Shown here: positions 28,248 to 38,000 of the stretch, one piece after another
How positions within the stretch are numbered: position 1 is the stretch's first letter
How the letters are laid out: the number at the start of each line of letters is the position of its first letter
NCBI GenBank assembly: GCA_944381075.1
Contig: CALWJT010000006.1
Coordinates: forward strand, 7,575 to 71,574
Reading direction: 5' to 3'
Length of the DNA: 64,000 nt
DNA from: an uncultured Clostridia bacterium
GTDB lineage: Bacteria > Bacillota > Clostridia > Oscillospirales > CAG-272
Position numbers and translations under genes: made by a program
Notes under the pieces: generated by a model
Told to the model about the DNA's origin: nothing
What the model saw: the letters and a program-made list of their open reading frames with translations, nothing else
The model's database searches: none

Positions 28248-28814
28248 TTAGGCAAGCCTAAATTCAACGGTATATGGGACATCTTCTATTACGACCACCG
28301 CGCGGTACCGTCCCGGCTGCGGCGTATATCCCTCCGCCCAGTACTCCGCACGGATCGCAAGCGTTACGCGGCCGCTCTCATCGGTATGCGCAAAGGAAAC
28401 GGGAGAGATATAGGTATACGGCTGACGAATCCAAAAATCTCCCTCATAGGGATAGATCTCCGCGCAGCCCAGCTTTTCGACGCAGATCATCGGAGAAAAC
28501 GAAAACGGCTTTCCCGTCTGATTTACGATTTCGATTTCGATGGATTCAAAATCCACGGGATAGACGTCCGAACCCACAGAAAGCGCAATTTCCAGCTCCT
28601 CCGGAGAGCACAGCGTCGGGATGCTGGGCAGTCCGAGCCAGATGCCGCCTGCGGGCTCCGAGCCGGGCGATCCCTCGGCAATCTCCGGCGCTGTAGTTTC
28701 CGGCGGACTGCCGTTCGTGGTCTGTTCCGTCTGCTCTGCGGTCCCATCTCCGCAGGATGCCAGAAAAATACACAAAGCAAAGAAGGCCAAAAGCAAGGAA
28801 AAAAGCTTTTTCAT
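28248..28814 (-). CDS. Lipoprotein partner of S1 protease copy 2 (BsuPI-like Ig-fold suspected)
   Basis: 188 aa with lipobox FLASCGD and a T/E/P-rich linker. IEIEIVNQTGK and PGRYRAVVVI are shared with the product of 19947-20630. Confidence 0.6.
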   Translation of the reverse strand: MKKLFSLLLAFFALCIFLASCGDGTAEQTEQTTNGSPPETTAPEIAEGSPGSEPAGGIWLGLPSIPTLCSPEELEIALSVGSDVYPVDFESIEIEIVNQTGKPFSFSPMICVEKLGCAEIYPYEGDFWIRQPYTYISPVSFAHTDESGRVTLAIRAEYWAEGYTPQPGRYRAVVVIEDVPYTVEFRLA

Positions 28815-28832
28815 ATGATTTCCTCCTTAATA

Positions 28833-29759
28833 TCAACTGTTGTCTATTACATAGCAGATAGAATCATATACTCCCTGTGTGATCGGACATCCGCTGTTTG
28901 TGACTCCGTCCGCCGTTCCGCTTGTATGAATGGCAAAGCATATATTGGAATCCGTATATACCGGAGCCCCGCTCATCCCCCCAACCGTGTCATTGGTATA
29001 ATGAGCAACATCCGTAGCTGAATAACAATACAAATATCCCTCTGAAGTATATTGGTAATAGTTATGGTCTCCCGGATATCCAGAAATATAGCATGACGTT
29101 CCGACGCTAACCCTGTTTGGTGTGCAGGTAAAATAATAACCAGATATGTTTTCCTGTAATTTTATTACTACCCAATCGTTTTTCCTGTCATTTGGATTGT
29201 CCAAATAAGCAGTTGAATAAATCCAACTTTCAGGATGAACATAATCACAGCCATTCAACGAAGCCTGATGAACGTTTGCATAAACCTTCATCTCGATCAC
29301 CCTGTCCGTGCCGGTATAAACAAGGGAATGTGCACAGGAAACCAAAACATTCGGTGCAACCAAAAAACCAGTAGCTTGGCTGACATACTCTTCTCCCTCA
29401 GGGGATACCACACGCATTGACAGGAGCATCACTCCGCTGTACGGATCAGAAGTAGGCGGCGTAGGAACTCTTGCGTCTAAGCCAATAATACTTTTTGTTC
29501 CAACTTGAGGCTTTGTCGCAAATTCGGATACTTCTCTGATAATATTCTTTTCCACAAGCAGCTTATCTGTAGAAGAATAAATTTCAGAATAAGACGCAAC
29601 CGTTTCTTTTGAAATAAGCGTCTCCGTCTGTGTCTTATAGTCATACAAAACCAAATCGTCGCTCAAAGATGAATCTTTACTCTGTGCAGCAAATACCGAG
29701 CCAGAAAATATTGTAATCAGAAACGAGAAAACACAAATCAGCGTTACAACTTTTTTCAT
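28833..29759 (-). CDS. Secreted S1 (glutamyl-endopeptidase/trypsin-fold) serine protease, intact copy
   Basis: 308 aa with a signal peptide, His in VSCAHS, Asp in DWVVIKLQ and Ser in GGMSGAPVY. It is markedly AT-richer than its flanks. Confidence 0.8.
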   Translation of the reverse strand: MKKVVTLICVFSFLITIFSGSVFAAQSKDSSLSDDLVLYDYKTQTETLISKETVASYSEIYSSTDKLLVEKNIIREVSEFATKPQVGTKSIIGLDARVPTPPTSDPYSGVMLLSMRVVSPEGEEYVSQATGFLVAPNVLVSCAHSLVYTGTDRVIEMKVYANVHQASLNGCDYVHPESWIYSTAYLDNPNDRKNDWVVIKLQENISGYYFTCTPNRVSVGTSCYISGYPGDHNYYQYTSEGYLYCYSATDVAHYTNDTVGGMSGAPVYTDSNICFAIHTSGTADGVTNSGCPITQGVYDSICYVIDNS

Positions 29760-29851
29760 TATAATCTTCCTTTCATTGTAAATTATCTTACCTCATTCTC
29801 ACATATCTTCTACAAATCATCTGGAGCCCAACGGTATCACCCCCTGTTTTT

Positions 29852-29880
29852 ATCATATAGAAATTTTTTCCATTTGTCAA
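29852..29880 (-). promoter_or_regulatory. Candidate promoter of S1 protease copy 2
   Basis: TTGACA, 17 bp, TATGAT on the minus strand. Confidence 0.55.
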
Positions 29881-29900
29881 TGTTTTTAAGGAAAAAAACA

Positions 29901-29928
29901 AAAAAAGACCGGCGATGCCGGTCTTTTT
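29901..29928. terminator. Bidirectional terminator after spoIIIAH
   Basis: GACCGGC / GCCGGTC stem flanked by A6 and T5. Confidence 0.7.
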
Positions 29929-29936
29929 GGATAAAT

Positions 29937-30593
29937 TTACTTTTCTGAAATTGTTACGTTTGCCGGAAGGATATCCGCTTGGAGATAAACGATCTCCAGG
30001 ATCTGGGAGAGCTGATTCGGTTTTAACCCCTCGCTCTTGACGATGATATTCGCCTTATCGCCGTTGATGACGGCAACGCACTCCTCAAAGCCCTTCGCCT
30101 TGATCAAGGATTCGATATTGGCTTCCTTCTCGATGGTAGCGGCAATGGCGGCGATGTCGGCAAGCGCCTGCTCTTTCGCGGAATCCAGCGCATCGGCATC
30201 GTCTACGACCCCCTGAAGCACCTCGATAGCTTCATCTCTCGCTCTCTGGCGCTCGATCTGAGAAGCGGCAAAATAGTTGGTCTCCTCTTCGCCGCCGGAG
30301 GGCGTCACGTCATCGGTCTCGCCGGGAACGTCCGCATTCAAATCGTCACCGGGTTCGGCACTTCCGCCGAACAACGCCCAGTTGACATATACCGCCACGC
30401 CGATCAGCAGCACGGAGAGAACAATGACAAGGTTGCGCACGCCGAATTTTTTGATTCCCTTTTCTCCGCTTGCAAAAAAGCTCTTGAATTTGAATTCCTT
30501 CTTCTCTGCCTCGGGAAGATCCAGAACGCCCGTATCCTCTTCCTGTGCCATACCCGCTCTCATAGCGGCTCTCTCTTCGTTTCTCATCTTCAA
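29937..30593 (-). CDS. spoIIIAH: Stage III sporulation protein AH
   Basis: 218 aa with one N-terminal TM helix. It is the last gene of the spoIIIA operon, and its C-terminal domain is YscJ/FliF-like. Confidence 0.75.
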   Translation of the reverse strand: MKMRNEERAAMRAGMAQEEDTGVLDLPEAEKKEFKFKSFFASGEKGIKKFGVRNLVIVLSVLLIGVAVYVNWALFGGSAEPGDDLNADVPGETDDVTPSGGEEETNYFAASQIERQRARDEAIEVLQGVVDDADALDSAKEQALADIAAIAATIEKEANIESLIKAKGFEECVAVINGDKANIIVKSEGLKPNQLSQILEIVYLQADILPANVTISEK

Positions 30594-30610
30594 TTCTCCT
30601 TTTTGATAGT

Positions 30611-31114
30611 TTATTTGGTTCCTACAATACAGATTCGGTTGCTCGATACGTCAAGCGCTGTAGAAATCACCTCGATCAGCTTTGCCTGAAGACTCGGATT
30701 GTCTCCTCCCGGACAGGCGACGGAAACGCCCTCCACCTTGGGATAGATTTCCTTGAGAAGGATCAGCGCATCGGAGCCGTTCTCCGTTTTTACCGTTATG
30801 TATTCTTTGGCAGAATAATTTTCGTCAAGCTCCTCGTTGGATACATAAACATATTCGGGACCGGATGCGATGCTGACGATTACCTTCACATTGTCCGAAC
30901 CTGTAATTTGCTCCGTTATGGTTCTAATTTTATTCTCAAGCGTCTCGATATATTCCAAGGTTGACAAATTTTTTTCCGTACCCGCGCCCGTCTCCGTATC
31001 CGAGCGCTTTTTCTCTCCCACCGTACCGATTATAATCAGCAAAACGCCGATCAGTCCGATCACAGCAAGGAAAATTCCCTTCTTTTTCCCCGACATCTTA
31101 TCCAAAAAGCTCAT
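30611..31114 (-). CDS. spoIIIAG: Stage III sporulation protein AG
   Basis: 167 aa with an N-terminal TM helix. The call rests on operon position. Confidence 0.75.
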   Translation of the reverse strand: MSFLDKMSGKKKGIFLAVIGLIGVLLIIIGTVGEKKRSDTETGAGTEKNLSTLEYIETLENKIRTITEQITGSDNVKVIVSIASGPEYVYVSNEELDENYSAKEYITVKTENGSDALILLKEIYPKVEGVSVACPGGDNPSLQAKLIEVISTALDVSSNRICIVGTK

Positions 31115-31602
31115 TGCTCCTCCTCCGATACCAAAATCGTACTTCTGCCAAGAAACATCTCCTCCAGTTCCCTTTGAATTTTCTCCTCATTTTCAGAAGG
31201 CGGCAGCACAAGCGCGATTGTCGTGATCTCAATATTGGAAATATCCCTCGCATCAAGCTCGATCTCACACGTGACCTGTCCTTTTGTATAGCCGTATTTT
31301 GCACAAATATAGGAGCATATCGCCTGCTCGATCTCATCTTTGCTCGCCTTTACTACTGCATTTTCAATATCTTCAAAATTTTCCGCACTCACATCCTCCC
31401 ACGCCTCCTCTTCATACCGAATAGACTCCGGCAAATGGACGACCGCCGAGATCATCGGTGCAACGATCGCCGCCAAAATACAAATGGAAATGGCAAAATT
31501 GATATATTTCTTGACATTCCCCTCCGGCGCTACCATAAATAAGATTCCGGAGACCGCCGTCAAGATGATGATTTCTCCAAAATAGGACAGGATATCGCTC
31601 AT
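31111..31602 (-). CDS. spoIIIAF: Stage III sporulation protein AF
   Basis: Two N-terminal TM helices. The start was trimmed to the ATG at 31602, which has an AGGAG RBS. Confidence 0.7.
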   Translation of the reverse strand: MSDILSYFGEIIILTAVSGILFMVAPEGNVKKYINFAISICILAAIVAPMISAVVHLPESIRYEEEAWEDVSAENFEDIENAVVKASKDEIEQAICSYICAKYGYTKGQVTCEIELDARDISNIEITTIALVLPPSENEEKIQRELEEMFLGRSTILVSEEEQ

Positions 31603-31616
31603 GACCTCTCCTTTCT

Positions 31617-32810
31617 TCACATCCCGGACGCCGCCATAAGGGACAGGGAAAGCACGAAAAATACCGATGATATCGCCATGACCGCCGCCGTATAGCCAAG
31701 AAAGGAAGCCATTTCCGATATCAGCTTCCCTTCCGGTCCAAGCCCTAAAATTCCGGAGCAAACGGAAAGCAGCTCGAGAAACAGCTTGTGCAGCAAAAGC
31801 TTGATGATCGGCAGTGCCGCAAGCAGGCATACCGCAACAGCTCCGACGACTCCCGTCGCGGCCTTGATGGCTCCGATACCGCCGGCAATGGTAGAGAGCG
31901 CTTCATTGACGGCGCTCCCAACAATCGGGATAAAGCTGCCCACTGCGAATTTGATTCCCTTGATTGCGAGACTGTCCGCGCTTTTGGAAATGATGCCTTG
32001 AAACGCAAGTACGGCCGACAGGCACAAAGCCACAAAACCGAATATGTATCCTATCACTTTTTTGATAAGCGGCGTGATCCCGCCAAGTCCGGTGACGCCG
32101 AATACCGACGATATGGCAGAAAGGCACAGGCAAAGCCGAATAAGAGGAAACAGGACGCCGGAGCAAATGGAAGAAAGTACGGCAAGCGCCGCCTCAATGA
32201 CACCGGACATGACGGCCGCCGAGGTAATGTTTCCGCTTGCCACCATCAGTGCCGTCATGGTCGGCGTTACCGCGGTCATAAAAGCGGAAAGCGAGTCGAT
32301 AAAGGATTCCGCAAGCGCAAAGGCAGACTCCGTCGCGGAAAAGACCGCTGTACATATGCAGAGCATGCCGATAAGCTCCAGCGCCGTCCTCATACCGGAA
32401 AGCGTCATGGTATCTCGAAGCGCTCTCAGGCAAGCGGCGATGATGAGAAGTCCTAAAAGAACAGCAAAGTCCTTCGTTGCCTCAGGAACGGCCGCCGCAA
32501 TCAGCCGGAGTCCGGTTTCAGAAAAATAGGAAAAATCAAAAGCTTTATAAATTTCTGATGCATCGATGTCAAAAATATCCTCCGGTAAATATTCTTCGAT
32601 TTCCTCCGGGACCGTGATCTCGACTTTATTTTCTTCAGAATCCATGTTCCCGTCACCTTGAGCAAAGACAGGAAAGCCAATCAGCAGCAGCAAAAAAATC
32701 GATATAACGGCAATTTGAATAATCTTTTGGATTCTCTTGGCATTCTGACGCAGGCAGAAGCGCCGTGGCGGTATAGGCCGCCAAATTCCTTTTCCGATCC
32801 TTTTTTTCAC
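31617..32810 (-). CDS. spoIIIAE: Stage III sporulation protein AE
   Basis: 397 aa polytopic membrane protein at the matching operon position. Confidence 0.85.
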   Translation of the reverse strand: MKKRIGKGIWRPIPPRRFCLRQNAKRIQKIIQIAVISIFLLLLIGFPVFAQGDGNMDSEENKVEITVPEEIEEYLPEDIFDIDASEIYKAFDFSYFSETGLRLIAAAVPEATKDFAVLLGLLIIAACLRALRDTMTLSGMRTALELIGMLCICTAVFSATESAFALAESFIDSLSAFMTAVTPTMTALMVASGNITSAAVMSGVIEAALAVLSSICSGVLFPLIRLCLCLSAISSVFGVTGLGGITPLIKKVIGYIFGFVALCLSAVLAFQGIISKSADSLAIKGIKFAVGSFIPIVGSAVNEALSTIAGGIGAIKAATGVVGAVAVCLLAALPIIKLLLHKLFLELLSVCSGILGLGPEGKLISEMASFLGYTAAVMAISSVFFVLSLSLMAASGM

Positions 32811-32857
32811 ACAAGCCTCCCTCCGTCCGATCCGGTTTCGACATCCGCAGGTCTGTC

Positions 32858-33244
32858 TCAGCCGCCGAGAAATCCGGCAATGAGCTCCAGCAGTGTTTTT
32901 AAAATCGGAAGCGCGAGCAGCAAAATAATGATTTTCGCTGCAAATTCCACCTTGGAAGCGATTGCCGCTTCTCCGTTGTCCCGACAGATATCCGCAGTCG
33001 TCTGTGCCAGAATCCCAATTCCAAGCGATTTCAAGATAACCGTGGAATACAGAGAAAATCCGGTCTTATCGGTCATATCCTGTATCGTTTCTATCACAGA
33101 AGACAGCTCCCAAATGGAGGCGGCAAGCAGAATGAGTCCCGTCAGCACACCGGCCATGACCGCATATTCAGGACGAGTCCCGCGCAGTACGATAACAGCC
33201 GTCAGCCCAATGACAGCGATTCCGCAGATCTCGACGATATTCAC
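32858..33244 (-). CDS. spoIIIAD: Stage III sporulation protein AD
   Basis: 128 aa, four TM helices. Confidence 0.85.
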   Translation of the reverse strand: MNIVEICGIAVIGLTAVIVLRGTRPEYAVMAGVLTGLILLAASIWELSSVIETIQDMTDKTGFSLYSTVILKSLGIGILAQTTADICRDNGEAAIASKVEFAAKIIILLLALPILKTLLELIAGFLGG

Positions 33245-33435
33245 AGCCCGAAAATGCTTTTCACAGAATCGAAAAGCCCTCCCATCTCACGCACAAGCAT
33301 GAGAAGCACAATGATAATACCCGATATCGAAACCAGCATTGCCTGCTCATCTCTGCCGGACTTATTCAGGATCTGATAAGCAATGGTCACAAGGATACCG
33401 ATTCCCGCGACCTTCAGTAAAAGCTCCGTATTCAT
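33241..33435 (-). CDS. spoIIIAC: Stage III sporulation protein AC
   Basis: 64 aa, two TM helices. Confidence 0.85.
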   Translation of the reverse strand: MNTELLLKVAGIGILVTIAYQILNKSGRDEQAMLVSISGIIIVLLMLVREMGGLFDSVKSIFGL

Positions 33436-33478
33436 TTACAGATATTCCTTTCTTCTTTTTTCCCATAATGCCGGCCGA

Positions 33479-34003
33479 TCAGATGACGAGAATGGCAATG
33501 GCGGCGCCGACGGTAAACCCGATGGTCCGATAAAGCTTGATATTCTTTTGCATTTCAGTTTTTTGCTTTGCCGTCTCATCCTTCATCGCCGCAATATAGT
33601 AATCGAAATTTTTCAGTTGGAGCTGTTCATTGCTTTTTCCAATACAGGCGCCGAATGCTTTGACAATTTCCATCTGGGATCTGCTGAGCTTCAGCCTGTC
33701 TCGACACTGCTCCAGCGCTGCCTGCCAAGCGTCAAAATAAACCTCATCCTTTTCATGAGAAACCAGCGCCGCAAGGAACCCCGTTTGCGCCAGCGTCTCA
33801 TTTTCAAAGCTCTGATAGATCCTCTTCGTCGGCGCAAGGAAAAAACCGACTTGATTTCTGACGTACTCAAACAGCTCTAAAAACGCTTCACACTGCGCTG
33901 TTCTTTCTCTCTCGCTTTTGCCGGCGGAAATTCCGATGAAAAACGATGCCAAAAAACATAAAGCAGCACCCATTAGCTTTATCATAACTTGCCTTCCCTC
34001 CAA
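33479..34003 (-). CDS. spoIIIAB: Stage III sporulation protein AB
   Basis: 174 aa at the matching operon position. The true start may be the internal MIKLMG. Confidence 0.8.
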   Translation of the reverse strand: MEGRQVMIKLMGAALCFLASFFIGISAGKSERERTAQCEAFLELFEYVRNQVGFFLAPTKRIYQSFENETLAQTGFLAALVSHEKDEVYFDAWQAALEQCRDRLKLSRSQMEIVKAFGACIGKSNEQLQLKNFDYYIAAMKDETAKQKTEMQKNIKLYRTIGFTVGAAIAILVI

Positions 34004-34027
34004 GCCTCGGTTGGAAAATGCCGCCGC

Positions 34028-34942
34028 TTACGCGCCCTTTTCTGCATCGGAAACGGTATAGATAAAACGCTTGGAGCCAGACGCGCGGCTAAGTCCGATA
34101 TAATACCGAAAAATGTGATTTTCATAAAGCGTCCTGATATTAGGCCGCTTCATCAGCCCGTCAAAGGAATCCGCATGGGCCGTTGCGATCAGCGGGACGC
34201 CGCTGTTCTGGGCCGATAAAATGGCTTTCGCCTCTTCAAGGGAGCCGATCTCATCACAAACAATGATCTCCGGCGACATGGTCCTCGTCGCGATTTCAAT
34301 TCCTTTGGCTCTCGGATATCCAGTCAAAACATCCGCAATGGAATCTGCAAACATCGATTGAATGTACAGCTCCGCCCTCGTATCCACAATGGCTACCCTG
34401 CGGGCGGCGTCACCGGTCGACAGAAGGCGTGCGATGTCCCTGACAAGCGTTGTTTTTCCTACGTTCGGAGGAGAATAGAACAGCGTGCTGCGAAGTCTTC
34501 CGCCGGCTGTCACATACCGCATAGCCTCCGCACCGACATCGGGCACCGCATGCGGAAGCCGGATTGACAAAGACGAAATCCCATATACGCTCTTGACACT
34601 TTCTCCATCACCGCCGGTCCTCCCGACGACACCGATCCGATAACCGTTCTCAAGGGAAACAAAGCCTTCCCGAATGGTTTCGCTGTAGGTATGTACCGAA
34701 TCCTCACAGAGCCTTTGCAGGGTCCCTGTCACCTCGGATTCGCTGCAAACGACAGGCCTCCCGCCGAAAGAAAGAATATTCCGGTCAAGATATGTCACCG
34801 ACATAGGCGCACCGGCACGCAGCCGAATTTCTGAAAGATACCGGTCTGCTCCCGATATCGTAGAAACGAACCCTCCGACGGCATCCGATACCTTCGCCGG
34901 CAAATATTTTAAAATCCGAAGCAATTCCGGACAAACCTGCAT
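34028..34942 (-). CDS. spoIIIAA: Stage III sporulation protein AA (secretion-type ATPase)
   Basis: 304 aa with Walker A SPPNVGKTT and Walker B IIVCDEIG. Confidence 0.85.
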   Translation of the reverse strand: MQVCPELLRILKYLPAKVSDAVGGFVSTISGADRYLSEIRLRAGAPMSVTYLDRNILSFGGRPVVCSESEVTGTLQRLCEDSVHTYSETIREGFVSLENGYRIGVVGRTGGDGESVKSVYGISSLSIRLPHAVPDVGAEAMRYVTAGGRLRSTLFYSPPNVGKTTLVRDIARLLSTGDAARRVAIVDTRAELYIQSMFADSIADVLTGYPRAKGIEIATRTMSPEIIVCDEIGSLEEAKAILSAQNSGVPLIATAHADSFDGLMKRPNIRTLYENHIFRYYIGLSRASGSKRFIYTVSDAEKGA

Positions 34943-35010
34943 CCCATTTTCCCCCTTTGTACGCTTGTACTACATTTATATTATCTTGTCCGGGAAAATA
35001 TACGAAAGAA

Positions 35011-35048
35011 CAAAAAAAGAAAAACGGCGCTGCCGCATTCTGCGGCAG
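35011..35048. terminator. Strong hairpin terminator after the 1232-aa lipoprotein gene
   Basis: 13-bp stem CGGCGCTGCCGCA / TGCGGCAGCGCCG flanked by A- and T-runs. Confidence 0.75.
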
Positions 35049-35081
35049 CGCCGTTTTTCTTTTTATAGCTTCCAGATAACC

Positions 35082-38000
35082 TTATTCAGCCGTTTTAGAT
35101 TCGTTCCAGCTCGCCTCCAAAGTACCGACGACCGCCATGAAGAAATAATCCGAAGAGAGAGCATCCGATGCTTCATCGAGATAGGCCGCCATATCATCAG
35201 CGCTGTCCAAGCCATTCATCCATTCCGCAGACAAGTCTGCTAAGACGTCCTCCAGCAACACTTTCTCCGAAAAATACTTTTCTTCGATGATATCCTTGAG
35301 AACTGTCTCCATGGTGTCCCTGTCCAGCTTCACAAACTCAGATACCTCATAGCCAAGTTCACCGAGCTCCGCGGACAGTGCGTTAGCAGCCGTCCGGATA
35401 TAATTCTGATACGTCACCGCATCGCTCTTCGCAAGCATATAATCACTCAGCGAATAGCCGATATATCTCGCCATTTCATTGGTGTAGAAGCCCGTATTAT
35501 ATAGGAGATTGTAAAGATTGGTTTCCATCTCCTCATAGGACCAGGAATCAATCTGGCTCTGTGTATACTGGGTACGCAGCGTATAGATGAAGGAGGTCTG
35601 CATTCTGTTCAAATACATCTCGTAGTTCTCCATCGACTCTTCCGCTGCCGAAAAGTCCTCATAGCTGATATTTGCCAGCGCACAAAGCTGGTCATAAATA
35701 TGCAGCTCATCTTCCAAGTAGTAATTGAAAATTGCGTCTATGACTTCATCGTTTTTAATGCCGTTGGCAGAATCGTACGCTTCCTTGGAATACGTATCGA
35801 TAAGGATATTCTTATATTCCTTTCTAAGTGCTGCAAGAATATCGTCATATTCATCGGAAGACTTGCTCAGTGCAGAAAATTCCGCATTGGTAGTGCCCAC
35901 AGCATCGAGGATTTGATCCATCAGGGCATTTTCATATTCCGTTTTGTCAAGACCATTGCTCGTCAAGTACTCTTCATAAGCAATCTCATAGATCTCATCA
36001 ATCGTTTCCGGCAAAGACAAGAGATTCAAATAGCCGGAGCCGAGCTTTGCAACCAAACGATCATAGTAAATGTCTCGAATCGTTTCCGCAGCAGTCAGAT
36101 AAGGCTGTGCGCTTTCCTTTGCCTGCTGGAATTCCTCCCAAGAAACAGTATACGTGGAATTGTCAGAGCCCGAGAAGGACAAAACAGACGCCATAAACTC
36201 ATGCACAAGATTTGCATAATCCTCATCCGTCAAATTGTTTTCCTTCTCATAATTGGCGCGCACGTAATTAAATACGGCGGTTTCAAAATCCACCTCACTT
36301 AACGCACGATAACGCTCCAGCTCGCTTTCCGGAAGCTCATCCCAAAGAAGGATCTCCGCCATCACACGCAGATAGGAAATATTAGAATAATACTGGTCTG
36401 CACTGGCCTTTGCATTTTCAAAAACAACCGTTTCCGATGCCGGACGGGACGATTCACTGTAGCGGGAAAGGTCGATGCCGGCAAGCTCTCCCAGCTTATT
36501 GCTGATCAAGAGATCAAGACCGCTCTGAGAAACGATATCCGAATATTTTTCGGCGGTGATCTTTTCGATCATCTTATTTTCATACCAGGAGATCGGATAC
36601 GCCATATTGGTCGAGCTGTCAAACACCTCAAGATATTCTACGGCGATCTCCGTCGAGGTAAGTCCTCTGGCCGCATCCACATCAGACAGCGCCGAACCCA
36701 TGAACGCAATGTCATACGTTCCGTCCGCAACGCGAGTCATGCTCATCGCATAGTTGCTGTTCTGGTCTCTCTGAGGCACATTCATGACAACGTCAGGATA
36801 CATTTCCTGATAAGCCGCGACCAAGTCCTCGATCGCCCCCTCGAAATAGCCTCTTTCATAGTTGGACATATTGGCGCACATATCGATGGTTCCCGTGAAC
36901 GGCGTATCTTTTTGCACATAATGCTCGGCATCCGTATCAACGGTATAGCCGTTTTCTTTCAGGATCGCCTGCCCTTCCGCGCTCAAAATGAACTCAAGGA
37001 AATCGGCCTCCAGCTCCGACATCGAATCTCTTGTCACATAGCGGAAGGTATTTGCAGTAAGCCCTTCTTGGCTCAGATACTCGATGAATTCGACTATATA
37101 ATATCTTTTGAAGGCCGTCCTCATCGTACTGCCGGTATTGGTTCCGTTGGCATCCTCATACTCATCATAATCGTATCCAAGCGGCGCCAGCACCTCCATC
37201 ATGCAAGCCCTGCGGATAATATCGTCAAACATTCCGTCAAGGTCGCTGTCGCTGAGATAGAAGGTAAGGAACGGCGAGAGCGCAGAGGCAAGATTGGTTT
37301 CTTTGTAGTAGGTCCAGGCGTCTACATTCTGTCCCTCCTCCGGATATCCCATATAGACATTTCCGGTCAGGGCATTGTTCATCATATAATTATGATTCAG
37401 TCTGGTGATAGAATAGGAAAAGCTTCCGTCTTCATTTTCGATCGTATTGACCTGATAATTCGCGACATCCTCATTGTCTCCGTCGTACGCGATCCCATAC
37501 TGCAAAAGATTCTTTACCTCAGAATCGGTATTGATCATTTCCAGCACCTGGAGCGCTCTTTTCTCATCCGAGGTATACGAGGATACGGCGAACATTCCCT
37601 CAAAGATGGAATCAATCTCAACAAAGGGATTTTGAAGAACCTTGACATAGTAATCATCCCCGTACAGATCCGGCACGGAAGCGTCTCCCTTGACCACCGT
37701 CACCGCATATTCATCGGTATCCGAGGATGCCGAAAAATACCCCTTCTCCTCATATTCCTCCATCAAAATCAGGTGCTCCCGATACTGAGGGATAGAGAAA
37801 AGATTCTGGATGGTAAAATCCGTCCCCTCGTTCGTGTCATAGCCGTAAATCGGATCAAAATACGTTCCGACAGCAATGCCGTCGTCAAAATACTGATAAA
37901 TGCCGAGCGCGTCCGGAACCGTCGCCATCGGGATGACGTCTTCATTCTCCTTGATCTGCGTCAGGAAGCCGGCGTCTCCTGCATCCAAGTCGTCATAGCT

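Noticed and set aside
34943-35010. A sigma-E type promoter upstream of spoIIIAA (GTATATT ... ATATAAAT).
   Set aside because: It resembles the consensus (ATATT, 13-14 bp, CATACAnT) only loosely. I could not place it with confidence by eye.
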